Assembly (NCBI GenBank): GCA_044870765.1
Contig: JBIOZG010000005.1
Span: forward strand, 79,938 to 143,937
Source: Nitrososphaeraceae archaeon
GTDB lineage: Archaea; Thermoproteota; Nitrososphaeria; Nitrososphaerales; Nitrososphaeraceae
Reading direction: 5' to 3'
DNA: 64,000 nucleotides
This document shows positions 31,405-41,647 of the stretch, piece by piece; position 1 is the stretch's first letter; each line of letters begins with the position of its first letter. The position numbers were made by a program, and so were the translations under genes. The notes under the pieces are model-generated. The model ran no database searches and had not been told where the DNA came from. It saw only the letters and a list, made by a program, of their open reading frames with translations.

Positions 31405-31995
31405 ATGAAAAAGATTTTGATAATAGATAACTATGACTCGTTTGTATATAACATTGCTCAATTATTTGGAAAGTTGTCTACAGACCCAGTAGTATTCCGC
31501 AACGACAAGATCAGTCTCAAAGATATTAAAAAAATGCAGCCTGATGGGATAGTTTTGTCACCGGGGCCCGGTCACCCTGCTGATAAGAAATCGTTTGGGA
31601 TATGTGGGGATATTATTCAAACCATTGGGTCAATTACCCCTGTTCTAGGAGTATGCCTTGGTCATCAGGGAATAGTTCACGTTTACGGTGGCAAGGTTAT
31701 TAACGCACATGTGATTAGACATGGAAAGACAAGCAAAATAAAATATCGGGATGATGAACTATTCGATAAACTATCAAATCCGTTTATTGCAACAAGGTAT
31801 CATTCGCTAGTAGCATCAAGAGATAACTTTCCTGATTGTCTAGAAATTACCGCTGAATCGCTTGATGACTCGGAAATCATGGCTCTGAAACACAAGAAAC
31901 ATCCCATATTTGGAGTACAATTTCATCCAGAATCAGTGCTAACAAAGAATGGCTATCGTATCTTGGAAAATTTCATAGATATCCTGAAAAAGTAA
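31405..31995 (+). CDS. trpG: anthranilate synthase component II (glutamine amidotransferase)
   Basis: IDNYDSF, SPGPG, GVCLGHQ, RYHSL, QFHPES. Confidence 0.93.
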   Translation: MKKILIIDNYDSFVYNIAQLFGKLSTDPVVFRNDKISLKDIKKMQPDGIVLSPGPGHPADKKSFGICGDIIQTIGSITPVLGVCLGHQGIVHVYGGKVINAHVIRHGKTSKIKYRDDELFDKLSNPFIATRYHSLVASRDNFPDCLEITAESLDDSEIMALKHKKHPIFGVQFHPESVLTKNGYRILENFIDILKK

Positions 31996-33065
31996 TGTCC
32001 ACAGAATACTTGCAACAACAGACAAGAAGAATTCTATTAAATGATGATATTGACGAATTTGAATTTAGAAATGCTATAGACCATTTATTCTTAGAAGACA
32101 TCCCTGACAGTACTATCGCCGCATTTATCAAAGCTCTAACTATTAGAGGCGTTAACTACAACGAATTAAAAATAATTAGAGAAGTGATCTTGGGTCATTC
32201 TTATTGTATTACCCCGAAAGTTACAGGTTCCTTGATTGATAACTGTGGCACTGGTGGTGATAAGGTTAATTCTTTTAACATTAGCACCGCTGCATCGATA
32301 GTTACATCAGCTTCTGGTATCAATGTTGCAAAGCATGGGAACAGATCTGCCAGTGGCATGTGTGGGAGCGCAGATTTTTTTGAACATGTTGGATTTAATT
32401 TGGACACGGAAGAACGAACTCTTGTTGACGCTTTAGAAGAAAATGGGTTCTCATTTTTATTTGCCCCTAAATTTCATCCTAGTCTGAAAAGGTTATCTGT
32501 AATCAGAAAACAGTTGGGCTTCAAAACAGTATTCAATATTATTGGCCCTTTATGTAACCCATGCACAAATATTACAGGGCAAGTTATTGGCATATCCGAT
32601 CCGAAAATTTTTGATCTTATCTCGAACGCGATGATAAAGTCTCATCTAAGGAAAATTATTCTTGTCCATTCATCAGACGGCATGGATGAGCTTTCTAATA
32701 CATCAAGCAATATGATGTTAAGTATTGAATCAGGTAAAATAGAAAGACAGGAAATAGATCCAACACTCTTAGATATGAAGATCGTAAAAAGAGAACAGAT
32801 TCAAATTAGTTCAATTGGGGATTCTGTGAAGAGCACGCTAGAAACAATTTACGGAAAGTCAACGGAAGCAAAACAAGACATTGTGTCTCTTAATGCAGCA
32901 ATAGCCTTAATTGCAGGGGAAAAAGTGACAGAGATTAATGAGGGAATAAAAATGGCACGAGAATTAGTGAAATCCGAGATTCCAAAAACTAAGTTGCGTG
33001 AACTAATATCCTTTTGTGGGAACGTTCAGAAGTTATATATTTTAGAAGAGAAATTCTCACTATAA
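31995..33065 (+). CDS. trpD: anthranilate phosphoribosyltransferase
   Basis: D.CGTGGD..NSFNIST, KHGNRS, FNIIGPL.NP, DGMDE. Confidence 0.95.
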   Translation: MSTEYLQQQTRRILLNDDIDEFEFRNAIDHLFLEDIPDSTIAAFIKALTIRGVNYNELKIIREVILGHSYCITPKVTGSLIDNCGTGGDKVNSFNISTAASIVTSASGINVAKHGNRSASGMCGSADFFEHVGFNLDTEERTLVDALEENGFSFLFAPKFHPSLKRLSVIRKQLGFKTVFNIIGPLCNPCTNITGQVIGISDPKIFDLISNAMIKSHLRKIILVHSSDGMDELSNTSSNMMLSIESGKIERQEIDPTLLDMKIVKREQIQISSIGDSVKSTLETIYGKSTEAKQDIVSLNAAIALIAGEKVTEINEGIKMARELVKSEIPKTKLRELISFCGNVQKLYILEEKFSL

Positions 33066-33141
33066 TAAAATTATGATTCTAATTCATTAGGATGATTCTA
33101 CAGAAATTTAGTTCAAAAAGATAAAAAAGGAATATAGGATT

Positions 33142-33393
33142 TTATCGTTTTTTTGATTTTGACTTTGATTTCGGTTTCGGTTTTGACTTTGATTTCGGTT
33201 TCGGTTTCGGTTTCGTCTTACCTTTCACCGTTTTACTGGGACCCCCACCAATTCTGAACATCTTCGTTCCACAAACTGCACATGTCCCCTTTGTCGCGGG
33301 TCTTCCATTTTTCATTACGACCTGTGTTTCGCCTTTAATCTGTCTTTTTGCTTTACATTTTACACAATAACCTTCAGTTGCCAACATATTCAA
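33142..33393 (-). CDS. DUF5679-like Zn-ribbon protein with Lys/Pro/Ser-rich tail
   Basis: YCVKCK...MKNGRPA.KGTC.VCGTKMFRIG plus (KP/KS)n tail. Confidence 0.85.
   Translation of the reverse strand: MNMLATEGYCVKCKAKRQIKGETQVVMKNGRPATKGTCAVCGTKMFRIGGGPSKTVKGKTKPKPKPKSKSKPKPKSKSKSKKR
33151..33215. repeat. coding tandem repeat: 24-bp unit x2 built from 6-bp units
   Basis: ttttgactttgatttcggtttcgg at 33157-33180 and 33181-33204, followed by further tttcgg. Confidence 0.9.
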
Positions 33394-33540
33394 GTTTAAA
33401 GCGGTACCTTATAAGAGTAGCTGTCCGATTCAATTAGACTATGCAGAGTAAGGTACAGAGTCTTTAAAGTTTGTTTGTTCTCTTAGTGGGGTATCTATTT
33501 TATTGCGTTAGATGAACGATGATTTCTATTTTATAAAATC

Positions 33541-34311
33541 CTAAATAATTTTTCTACCGAATAAAAGATAGGTAGTATGTCCTATCATTCGCATAGATGG
33601 CCTTGTTTTTCCTTCCCTTGCCTCTATATTGCGGATCAAGATCTCAGTGCTCTCAATGTCAATGAATCCTATTTCATTCATGTGTTTTGACGTTTTTTCC
33701 AATTGATTCATTGTAGGACATATTATTGCAACAGAACCGCTGCTCTTGAGGCATTTATGAACAATATGTAAAACATTCCATGGATCTCCCAGATCTATAA
33801 TTGCAACATCAATTTCTGAAAGTTCAAGGCCTTCTTTCATTATGTCGCGATTGAACATCGAGACATTTTTTTCCATATCTGATTTCTTGAGATTCTTTTG
33901 GGCAATTTCCATAAATTCTTCATTAACATCGTATGTAAAAACATGTCCTGAGGGCCCTACAAGACTGGCAAAAAAAGTAGTGAGCGAAGCACTTCCAGTA
34001 CCTATTTCAAGAACATTAGATCCACTTTTTAATCCCGATCTAATTGCAATATAGCCCAGATCTTTGGGATAAACTATCTGTGTTTTTCTGTCTGATTTCA
34101 TTACAAAATCAAAGATTGTTGGCTCCATCAAGTACACCCTTTTTTGTTTTGGTGTGACTATAGAAGAACCGTACTCCAATCCTAATACCTGGTCAAAATC
34201 TATAATTCCTATATGCGTGTGAAGTTTCTTACTTTTTTCTATTTTGGTTAGCCAGTTCTTGCTTGCTTGATAAAAAAACAAAACATAGGCACCGTCTGTT
34301 ATTTTCATCAA
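33541..34311 (-). CDS. trmI: tRNA (adenine-N1)-methyltransferase
   Basis: R.TQIVYPKD, LEIGTGS, D.GDPW, TRP..RM.GHT.YL. Confidence 0.93.
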   Translation of the reverse strand: MMKITDGAYVLFFYQASKNWLTKIEKSKKLHTHIGIIDFDQVLGLEYGSSIVTPKQKRVYLMEPTIFDFVMKSDRKTQIVYPKDLGYIAIRSGLKSGSNVLEIGTGSASLTTFFASLVGPSGHVFTYDVNEEFMEIAQKNLKKSDMEKNVSMFNRDIMKEGLELSEIDVAIIDLGDPWNVLHIVHKCLKSSGSVAIICPTMNQLEKTSKHMNEIGFIDIESTEILIRNIEAREGKTRPSMRMIGHTTYLLFGRKII

Positions 34312-34419
34312 GACAATGAGTTTGCACCGAGGTAAAAAAATCTTACAATGGCGAAATCGAATTGTTTAGATTAATGGATATAAGAGACTATTGCATCATT
34401 CATTATAATATCATAAAAA

Positions 34420-35109
34420 TTGAAATTAGCTTCGCTGTATTCTGGAGGAAAGGACAGTAACTATTCTATTTTTGAAATTAATAGATGTGGACACGATGTT
34501 GTCTGCTTGGTATCCATACTACCAGCAAAAAGTGATAGTCTGTTATTTCACTTTCCGAATATTAGTCTCTCTGCCGTGCTCGCCCGAGCTATTGATTTGC
34601 CGATAAGAGGTTTTCAATCTACAGCACGTACTCTGAGCGACGAAACACTTGTCCTGCAAAACGCACTTGCTAATGTTATGGATGAATTCAACGTACAAGG
34701 AATAGTGCATGGAGGGTTATGTAGCAATTTTCAAAAAAAGAATTTTGAAAAAGTGTGTCAGAAATTAGGATTGTCAGTATTTTCTCCATTGTGGCATGTG
34801 GATCCAGCTAAATATCTACATAAAATGATAGATGAAAATTTCAAAATTGTTATCGTAGGGGTCTCTGCATTAGGGTTGGGAAGAGAATGGCTTGGTAAGA
34901 CGTTGGATCATGAAAACGTAAGGGAATTAGAATTACTATCATCAAGATACGGATTTAATCTTAATTTTGAGGGGGGCGAGGCGGAAACTATAGTTGTTGA
35001 CTGCCCCATGTACAAGAAAATATTTCGGATTAGAGAGGGACTCGTAAAATGGTTTGGAGACAATGGAATATTTGAAATAACAGACTATCAATTAATAGAC
35101 AAGCATTGA
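34420..35109 (+). CDS. dph6: diphthine--ammonia ligase (PP-loop)
   Basis: SGGKDS, PLW, EGGE.ET.V.DCP. Confidence 0.88.
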   Translation: MKLASLYSGGKDSNYSIFEINRCGHDVVCLVSILPAKSDSLLFHFPNISLSAVLARAIDLPIRGFQSTARTLSDETLVLQNALANVMDEFNVQGIVHGGLCSNFQKKNFEKVCQKLGLSVFSPLWHVDPAKYLHKMIDENFKIVIVGVSALGLGREWLGKTLDHENVRELELLSSRYGFNLNFEGGEAETIVVDCPMYKKIFRIREGLVKWFGDNGIFEITDYQLIDKH

Positions 35110-35330
35110 ATAGCAGTTAATAAAGGTCAAAATTAAACATATTTTGTGCTCAATTCTAAGGAAAAGCAAATATCGAGAGAAATTCAACTACAACAACGAG
35201 GTGGATGAATATGGTTTGGGTTTGGCATTAGGATGCTGTAGACGATTGAAATTAACTCAAGACAATGCCCCTGAGATAGTTCATTATTTGAAGGCACTTG
35301 GAAATGAAATTAATCTTTCTGACAATTACA

Positions 35331-35515
35331 GATAAAAGTGGCGCTTGGTTGACTCACATAACATTGATTATCAGTAATTCATTCCCATTGATATTTAAAA
35401 GGCAGACCGTCAGCGTTATTTATGTCGACGTCGTTGTTTATCGCCTTGTTGGATTCAATAGCGTTACTTGATCCCTGGGCATCGAGGAAGGTCCGTTCCT
35501 ACTGCCAGTAACTGA
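35331..35515 (-). pseudogene. possible PKD-like domain remnant
   Basis: Minus frame FLDAQGSS...DGLPFKYQWE*I...QPSATFI resembles LDGS.S..D...YQW.Q..ATF; internal stop, no start. Confidence 0.3.
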
Positions 35516-35546
35516 AGTGGAGTATATTTTTGATTTCGGAAAGCAT

Positions 35547-35870
35547 CTAGAGAAGATGCAGCCAGTTCTGTATCACAAAATGATTGGCTCGAGATTGAAC
35601 AAAGAGTAACTGAACTATCACTAAATCATTTGATATAGGATAGTTGTATTTTAATTTCTTCTTTGCTATTAGTTTCGCTGTACTTTCTTCGAGCGCTTTA
35701 ACCATGTCATCTAAAAATGCTTTTAGTGCCACTCTGTGTTCCTTATTATTATGATATTTATTTATCAATACTGCCTTGGTTTCTTTATCTTCTATCCATC
35801 CAAATATTTTATTTAATCCATCTAACTTCAATTGTTCTTTTTTGTCGTGGTTATTATTATCTGTAGACAT
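35547..35870 (-). CDS. small hypothetical protein, possibly frameshifted near 35677
   Basis: Helical N-terminal 65 aa; an alternative frame continues ETNSKEEIKIQLSYIK* ending at 35626. Confidence 0.5.
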   Translation of the reverse strand: MSTDNNNHDKKEQLKLDGLNKIFGWIEDKETKAVLINKYHNNKEHRVALKAFLDDMVKALEESTAKLIAKKKLKYNYPISNDLVIVQLLFVQSRANHFVIQNWLHLL

Positions 35871-36162
35871 TTTACTTATTTCATCTCTTTAATTACTTAA
35901 ACATCGAGGATCAAAATACCTTTCATATTTTTTGTCCTTGTATTCTGGTATGTAGTCATCGAAATGTTGGCTTAAAATTTTAATTGATTTTTCGATATAA
36001 GCACAATAACATTCCTTCAAATCCTGATTTTGAACCATAGCAATTAACCTAAATTGCATCATTATAAATATAATAAAAACTGTAACAGACTTTTTCATAA
36101 TAAAACAAAACTTTATCCTGATTAGACCCACTTTATAAGAGACGGACATCAATTCTCATGAA

Positions 36163-36744
36163 ATGAGTTTACCTCTGATTATGACGGCACTAGTGGCTAT
36201 CAGCACGAATGTAGTATTATTACTATCTTTAACAGATGTCAACGCAGTAACTGTAAATAACACAGATTTCTCTGTGGACGTGCTAGATAACTGGGCATAT
36301 AGAGAGACTAATGATCCTATATCTGTTGCATTTGGTAAAGGCCCGGAACTTGGACTGGTCCCATCCGATTTCAATGACTTCCTTCTAAATACTAGTAAGG
36401 TTTTGTCAGGAGAGGAGATTCAAAATGAGGGTGCTTATTCGATAATATCCCTTGACACCGACTATCCTTATAGGAACGTTCCTTTAGAGACATACACCCA
36501 ATATAACATTAATCTGTCCAAAGTTAAAATATTCTCTAAGGAAAATACAACCATTGATGGAGAACCAGCAGTTAAAATTCATAGAACTGCAAGAAATAAT
36601 TTAACTAATTTGGAGGTAACGGACTATTATATTGTCCATAATAGCAAACCTTACTTTTTGCAATATGCTGCAAATGTAAATGACTTTCAAAAATACTTAC
36701 CACAGTTTGAACAGATGGTAAAGACGTTCAAGTTTGTAAAATAA
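36163..36744 (+). CDS. secreted PsbP-like protein
   Basis: Signal peptide; TTIDGEPA.K, Y...Y.A....F.KYLP.FEQMVKTFKF C-terminus typical of thaumarchaeal PsbP-related proteins. Confidence 0.8.
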   Translation: MSLPLIMTALVAISTNVVLLLSLTDVNAVTVNNTDFSVDVLDNWAYRETNDPISVAFGKGPELGLVPSDFNDFLLNTSKVLSGEEIQNEGAYSIISLDTDYPYRNVPLETYTQYNINLSKVKIFSKENTTIDGEPAVKIHRTARNNLTNLEVTDYYIVHNSKPYFLQYAANVNDFQKYLPQFEQMVKTFKFVK

Positions 36745-36842
36745 AATAGAAAGTTTATTTTTAACAAGGCTCAAAATACAAGCGTGCCTAAATTTAACGG
36801 ACATGAAGTTCGTATCCGTAATCGGCGAAGGATAACCAAAAA

Positions 36843-37148
36843 ATGAAGGAAGAATTTCCAATAAGAGGCGAGAACAAGGAACGGATTGTAAATGATTTTA
36901 GATTAATTAAATTTCGATGTATCAGATGTGGTTCAAAAAATATACTAATAAATGAGATCCAACCTTACGCTGATGGAATTAATTTTCATGGTCGTGGTCA
37001 GACTGCAAATCCGGAGAATGAAATTGAATTGACATTTTATGTTACTGCTCTTTTATTCTGTAAAAGGTGTAACCACAGATTTCACATGAAAATATTAGAC
37101 CAAGGAACTCGCAATACAAATGTTTATTTCGACAATATGTTAACTTAG
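36843..37148 (+). CDS. Zn-ribbon hypothetical protein
   Basis: CIRCGS ... CKRCNH. Confidence 0.65.
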   Translation: MKEEFPIRGENKERIVNDFRLIKFRCIRCGSKNILINEIQPYADGINFHGRGQTANPENEIELTFYVTALLFCKRCNHRFHMKILDQGTRNTNVYFDNMLT

Positions 37149-37152
37149 AAGC

Positions 37153-37296
37153 GTGCCAAAGTTTACCTCTTCAGAAAGGATACTAGTTAAGAGTATTGTT
37201 GGGAGTTTATCTATAAAGAGAATATCCGATGAAGATATTATCAATGATATTTTTGCCAAAACAAAGAAGAGCATATTAAGGACAGGATTAGTTTAG
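37153..37296 (+). pseudogene. truncated 47-aa ORF (VPKFTSSERILVKSIV...)
   Basis: GTG-start ORF ending just before the adhesin; its 5' sequence is echoed at 36780. Confidence 0.45.
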
Positions 37297-37311
37297 GTTG
37301 GCCTCGCTTAG

Positions 37312-40300
37312 TTGAGCGTCTTGATCTATGGACTAATCTTTTTGGGCTTATCCGTTCTCGTTTCATTTTCGATTCAAGATGCTTTCGCGACAACATATAC
37401 CTTAGATGGGCGAATAGCCTGTGAGTCAGCGCCCTTTAACGGAGCCTGGGGTTCCACAGCTTCGGAATGCAGTGTTCTGGATGTAACCATAAGCTCTACC
37501 AATGATGTAATTATTAATTCCCCTGTTCGTCTCGCGGTTTTACAAGGTGGCAATCTCACTATCAATAATGGCGCTACAGTCACCAACAACGCCGGCATAG
37601 TCATTTATGGCCACCTGATCAATGATGGCACTCTAGTCAACGCTGAAGCCAGCACGTTTAATATTTCTACAGCCGGCCCGAAAGGAAACCTCACCAACAA
37701 CGGGAGTATCAAAAATGACGGTGCGTTTACGAACGGGGGCACTCTTGATAACACAGGGACAATTACTAACGGTAATGGAGGGGTACTTACCAACACAGGT
37801 ACCCTTTCCAATTCGGGTACTCTGACCAACGAAGGGACGATTGACAACAACTTGGGTACTATTAGCAATTCTGGAATCATCAACAATTCAGGTGCAATTA
37901 GCAATCTTGGCACAATCAACAACAGTGGCACAATCGACAACTCTGGTGTTATTGATCTATCTACGAATGGCAACGGCAGCACGATTAACAACCTTCCCGG
38001 CGGGACACTCTCTAATTCTGGGACAATCAACATCAATCACGCCGGCCTCATTGACAACAAACTTGGCGCTGAAGTCAACAATACTGGCGATCTAATCATT
38101 TACGTCGGCGGATTCATCAAGAATGCTGGAACGATCACCAACTCTGGTGACATAAACAACGCAAATGGTGAAATTACAAATGACGGGACCATCATCAATG
38201 TCCTTGGTGAAGGAACTATTACAAACGGCGGCACGATCTTCAATAACGAGATCATCAACAATTTCTCTCAATTCACCAACACCGGTACAATAGTTAACAA
38301 GGGGTTCATTAACAACCATTCGAACTTGACCAATTCAAGAGGGACCGTCACAAACTCTGGCAAAATTAGTAATTTCGCGGGAGCAACAATAAGGAATTCG
38401 GGCGTAATCAACAATGCTGCCATGATCAATAATTATTGTGGCGGTGTACTTACCGGAACAGTTCCCAAGGGCGAGGCAGTCAATAACATTCTATGTTCAT
38501 CTATCTCCATTGATGATGCGACAGTCACAGAAGGTAATTCTGGAATTAACCTTGTCTTTACAGTAACCAGGACAGGCGATCTGACCGGAACATTTAATGT
38601 AAACTATGTAACTGAAGGCGGAACCGCAACTGAAGATGTCGACTATGACCGAACTTCAGGGACACTAACTTTCATGGCTGGGGAATCATACCGCCTGATA
38701 ACAGTAGCCGTAACCGGTGACACTGATCTCGAACCCACCGAGAAACTTAATGTGAATCTCCAGAGCTGTGTCGTATGTACCATCAGTGATGGCACCGGAG
38801 TCGGGACAATCGTGGATGACGACACTCCAATAATTTCCATAGGCGATGTCTCGATCAATGAGGGCAACGCGGGAGATACGAACTTTGACTTTAAAGTAAC
38901 AAGAACAGGGGGTCTCGGAAGTTTTTCGGTCAATTTTGAAACCCAGGGCAACGCGGCAACAGCCACTGCCGGGACTGATTACCAGGCTGTTTCAGCTGGA
39001 ACAGTAACGTTTGGAGCTAATGCATCAGAACAGACAATAAGAATCCTCGTGAAAGGCGACAGCACGCCAGAGCCTAAGGAGTATTTTGGAGTGGCTCTTA
39101 CCAGCTGTGCGACGTGCACGATACTTGACGGTCTAGGAGTGGGATGGATTGTAGACGATGACACATTACCAAGAGTATCGATTAGCGACCCCTCACCAGT
39201 GTTGGAGGGCAACTCTGGAACAAAGAGCATTTTCTTTGCAGTATCAAGATCAGATACGTCAGGTAACCCATCTGTCAACTATAAGACAGAAGATGGAACG
39301 GCTGATGGAAATGACTATCAACCAGCGGGTGGAGTTGTGAACTTTCCAAATGGCATAACCAAAGTAAACGTCGAAATGTTTCTAACCGGTGATACGGCAA
39401 AAGAGAAAAATGAGCAATTCAACGTGAATCTTTCAAATTGTGTTGGATGCACTATCCTTGACGGCACTGGAGTGGGTACAATCGAAGATGACGACTTTCC
39501 ATCTATCACAATCAATGATGTCGCAATGGATGAAGGAGATAAAGGGCTTATCAATTTTGTCTTTACATTAACAAATACTGGCAACCTCACAGAGGAGTCT
39601 TCAGTGAACTGGGCCACACAGGACGGATCTGCTAAAGCGGTCAGCGACTATGTGCAACTGAGTGGTATTGCAAAATTCAAACCGACGACCAGAACAACGA
39701 CCCAAACAATGACCGTTGCAATCCCCGTTGTTGCTGACGAAGTAGCCGAATTGCCACCGGAAACCTTCAATGTGATTCTTTCGAATTGTATTGGTTGCAT
39801 CATTAAGGACGGAACCGGTGTGGGAACAATAAATGACGACGATACTCCAAAGGTTTACATTAATGACGTTACTAAAGTTGAGGGCGATTCGGGAATTACT
39901 GACTTTGTCTTTAAGTTGACAAGGTCTGGCATTCGAAACGCAAGCCCGACAGTAAATTATGTAACGCAGAGTGGCACGGCCTTTTCAGGCAGTGACTTTC
40001 AACAAGCATCTGGAACAGTTTCCGTACTTGGTAAAGCTTCAAACACATCAAACACTATCACGATTCATGTTAGCGGAGACTCGGAAGTAGAACCGAACGA
40101 AGGCTTCAGCGTGAATCTTTCGGGCTGCAGTGGTTGCATCATTGCAGATCCTGTAGGCTTGGGAACAATCAAAGATGACGACTTTTCAGGAATCTCCATA
40201 AAAGATGCGGGGATTTGGGAAGGCAACTCTGGACAAAAGGACTTGAACTTTACGGTGACTAGAACCGGCTATACCGATGGAATAGCGGCTCTACCCTGGA

Positions 40301-40905
40301 ATACGAACGACGGAACGACTGATAGAAGCAATGACTACGTGCAGAAATCTGGAATAATTAATTTTGCAAAGGGCGAGACGGCAAAGACTATCGCGATACT
40401 TGTAAACGGTGATACTAGATTGGAAAGTCATGAGACGTTTAATGTGGAACTCGGCCCGGGTTGTACTGGATGCACCTTGGTTGACGCCAAGGGAGTGGGA
40501 ACAATTCTCGATGATGACTCTCCAAGGATTTCGATACTTGATCTATCTATGAGAGAGGGAACCCGCACAACTCGTAGTTCGACAGGTGTGACAGAATTTG
40601 ATTTCGTCATAGAAAGGTCAAATCTTGCAGGAGCGCCTTTGATGTGTGTTCATACTAACGATGGAAGAGCACCAAGTGCACTGGGGTCTTACTTAACTAC
40701 TGTTGCTGCGGACTACTATCCTCGGGGCGACTGTCCACAGCAGAGTCCATTCAATTCCAACTCGCTTACAGCAACCATCCCTGTGTATGTTCTTAAAGAC
40801 TCTGTGCCTGAAAATCCTGAGACATTCTTCGTGTGGCTTGACTCCTGTAAAGGCTGCATGTTTTACGACAATGGCGCTGTTGGAACAATCATCAATGATG
40901 ACTAG
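37312..40905 (+). CDS. large secreted adhesin-like protein: Asn/Gly beta-helix repeats plus 7 Calx-beta domains
   Basis: Signal peptide (..DAFA); N.GTI.N.G repeats; seven ISI.D....EG...GTI.DDD units. Confidence 0.9.
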   Translation: MSVLIYGLIFLGLSVLVSFSIQDAFATTYTLDGRIACESAPFNGAWGSTASECSVLDVTISSTNDVIINSPVRLAVLQGGNLTINNGATVTNNAGIVIYGHLINDGTLVNAEASTFNISTAGPKGNLTNNGSIKNDGAFTNGGTLDNTGTITNGNGGVLTNTGTLSNSGTLTNEGTIDNNLGTISNSGIINNSGAISNLGTINNSGTIDNSGVIDLSTNGNGSTINNLPGGTLSNSGTININHAGLIDNKLGAEVNNTGDLIIYVGGFIKNAGTITNSGDINNANGEITNDGTIINVLGEGTITNGGTIFNNEIINNFSQFTNTGTIVNKGFINNHSNLTNSRGTVTNSGKISNFAGATIRNSGVINNAAMINNYCGGVLTGTVPKGEAVNNILCSSISIDDATVTEGNSGINLVFTVTRTGDLTGTFNVNYVTEGGTATEDVDYDRTSGTLTFMAGESYRLITVAVTGDTDLEPTEKLNVNLQSCVVCTISDGTGVGTIVDDDTPIISIGDVSINEGNAGDTNFDFKVTRTGGLGSFSVNFETQGNAATATAGTDYQAVSAGTVTFGANASEQTIRILVKGDSTPEPKEYFGVALTSCATCTILDGLGVGWIVDDDTLPRVSISDPSPVLEGNSGTKSIFFAVSRSDTSGNPSVNYKTEDGTADGNDYQPAGGVVNFPNGITKVNVEMFLTGDTAKEKNEQFNVNLSNCVGCTILDGTGVGTIEDDDFPSITINDVAMDEGDKGLINFVFTLTNTGNLTEESSVNWATQDGSAKAVSDYVQLSGIAKFKPTTRTTTQTMTVAIPVVADEVAELPPETFNVILSNCIGCIIKDGTGVGTINDDDTPKVYINDVTKVEGDSGITDFVFKLTRSGIRNASPTVNYVTQSGTAFSGSDFQQASGTVSVLGKASNTSNTITIHVSGDSEVEPNEGFSVNLSGCSGCIIADPVGLGTIKDDDFSGISIKDAGIWEGNSGQKDLNFTVTRTGYTDGIAALPWNTNDGTTDRSNDYVQKSGIINFAKGETAKTIAILVNGDTRLESHETFNVELGPGCTGCTLVDAKGVGTILDDDSPRISILDLSMREGTRTTRSSTGVTEFDFVIERSNLAGAPLMCVHTNDGRAPSALGSYLTTVAADYYPRGDCPQQSPFNSNSLTATIPVYVLKDSVPENPETFFVWLDSCKGCMFYDNGAVGTIINDD

Positions 40906-41018
40906 CCACGCTTGACCATTAATAGCTCAATCGTGTTAGAAGTATTTTGTGATCTATTTTTTTTAGACGGTTTGTTATACGTGATCATAAGTTAAAAAAT
41001 TCTAAAAAAAATCGGCAT

Positions 41019-41051
41019 ATTAATAAATAAATACGGTTGGGCTATCAATTA
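41019..41051 (+). repeat. 33-bp direct repeat, copy 1
   Basis: attaataaataaatacggttgggctatcaatta; 32/33 identical to 42382-42414. Confidence 0.9.
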
Positions 41052-41103
41052 TTAGTATCGAACTCAAATAGAGGCGTTAATTGGTTAAAAAAAATAAAAA
41101 AAA

Positions 41104-41613
41104 TTAAGGTTTGGAGTCGAATACTTTCTCCACACATACTTTTGCGTCAGCGTTATTGACACCCAATATTACTGTCTTTATCGCTTCGACTTTTGTTGCA
41201 TTGGTCTTGGCAACGCCAATCATGTCATTTACTTCGGCATCTCCGTCTTCATTTAGTTTTGAAACACAATTCTTGTCGTCTAGGACTACTCCATGTGAGT
41301 GCCATTGAGTATCGTTAGCCACTTCTGAACTATCCTCGGTTCCATGCGATGTCACAGCAAAAATACCCTTATCGGTAACAAAAACATAGGCAAAAATCTG
41401 ACTTGCATTTTGTGGTGTAGATGCTCCGGCCTTTCCTTCGACGCTTAACCATGGTTTTCCATCTTTAATGCCGAAATCTTTAATCTTAAAGTCCGCTTCG
41501 TTAAGACCGCTTTGGGCTAATGCACTATTTGCTCCTGCGATTAGAATAGCGCTGATAGCGATGAGAGTTGCTGTTAAAGGCAACGTTTTCTTCGAGTTTA
41601 GAGAATTCTTCAT
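41104..41613 (-). CDS. secreted hypothetical protein
   Basis: Signal peptide (ALA-Q); TSH...WHSH motif; Cys pair. Confidence 0.75.
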   Translation of the reverse strand: MKNSLNSKKTLPLTATLIAISAILIAGANSALAQSGLNEADFKIKDFGIKDGKPWLSVEGKAGASTPQNASQIFAYVFVTDKGIFAVTSHGTEDSSEVANDTQWHSHGVVLDDKNCVSKLNEDGDAEVNDMIGVAKTNATKVEAIKTVILGVNNADAKVCVEKVFDSKP

Positions 41614-41647
41614 GTCTAAAACTTCGTAATTACTATACTATAAGAAA

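Noticed and set aside
35889-36152. 87-aa ORF (also 35144-35335)
   Set aside because: No recognisable features; may be remnants but cannot be supported
37600-38450. Repetitive DNA resembling an array
   Set aside because: Degenerate coding repeats of the adhesin beta-helix; no identical repeat-spacer structure, so not CRISPR
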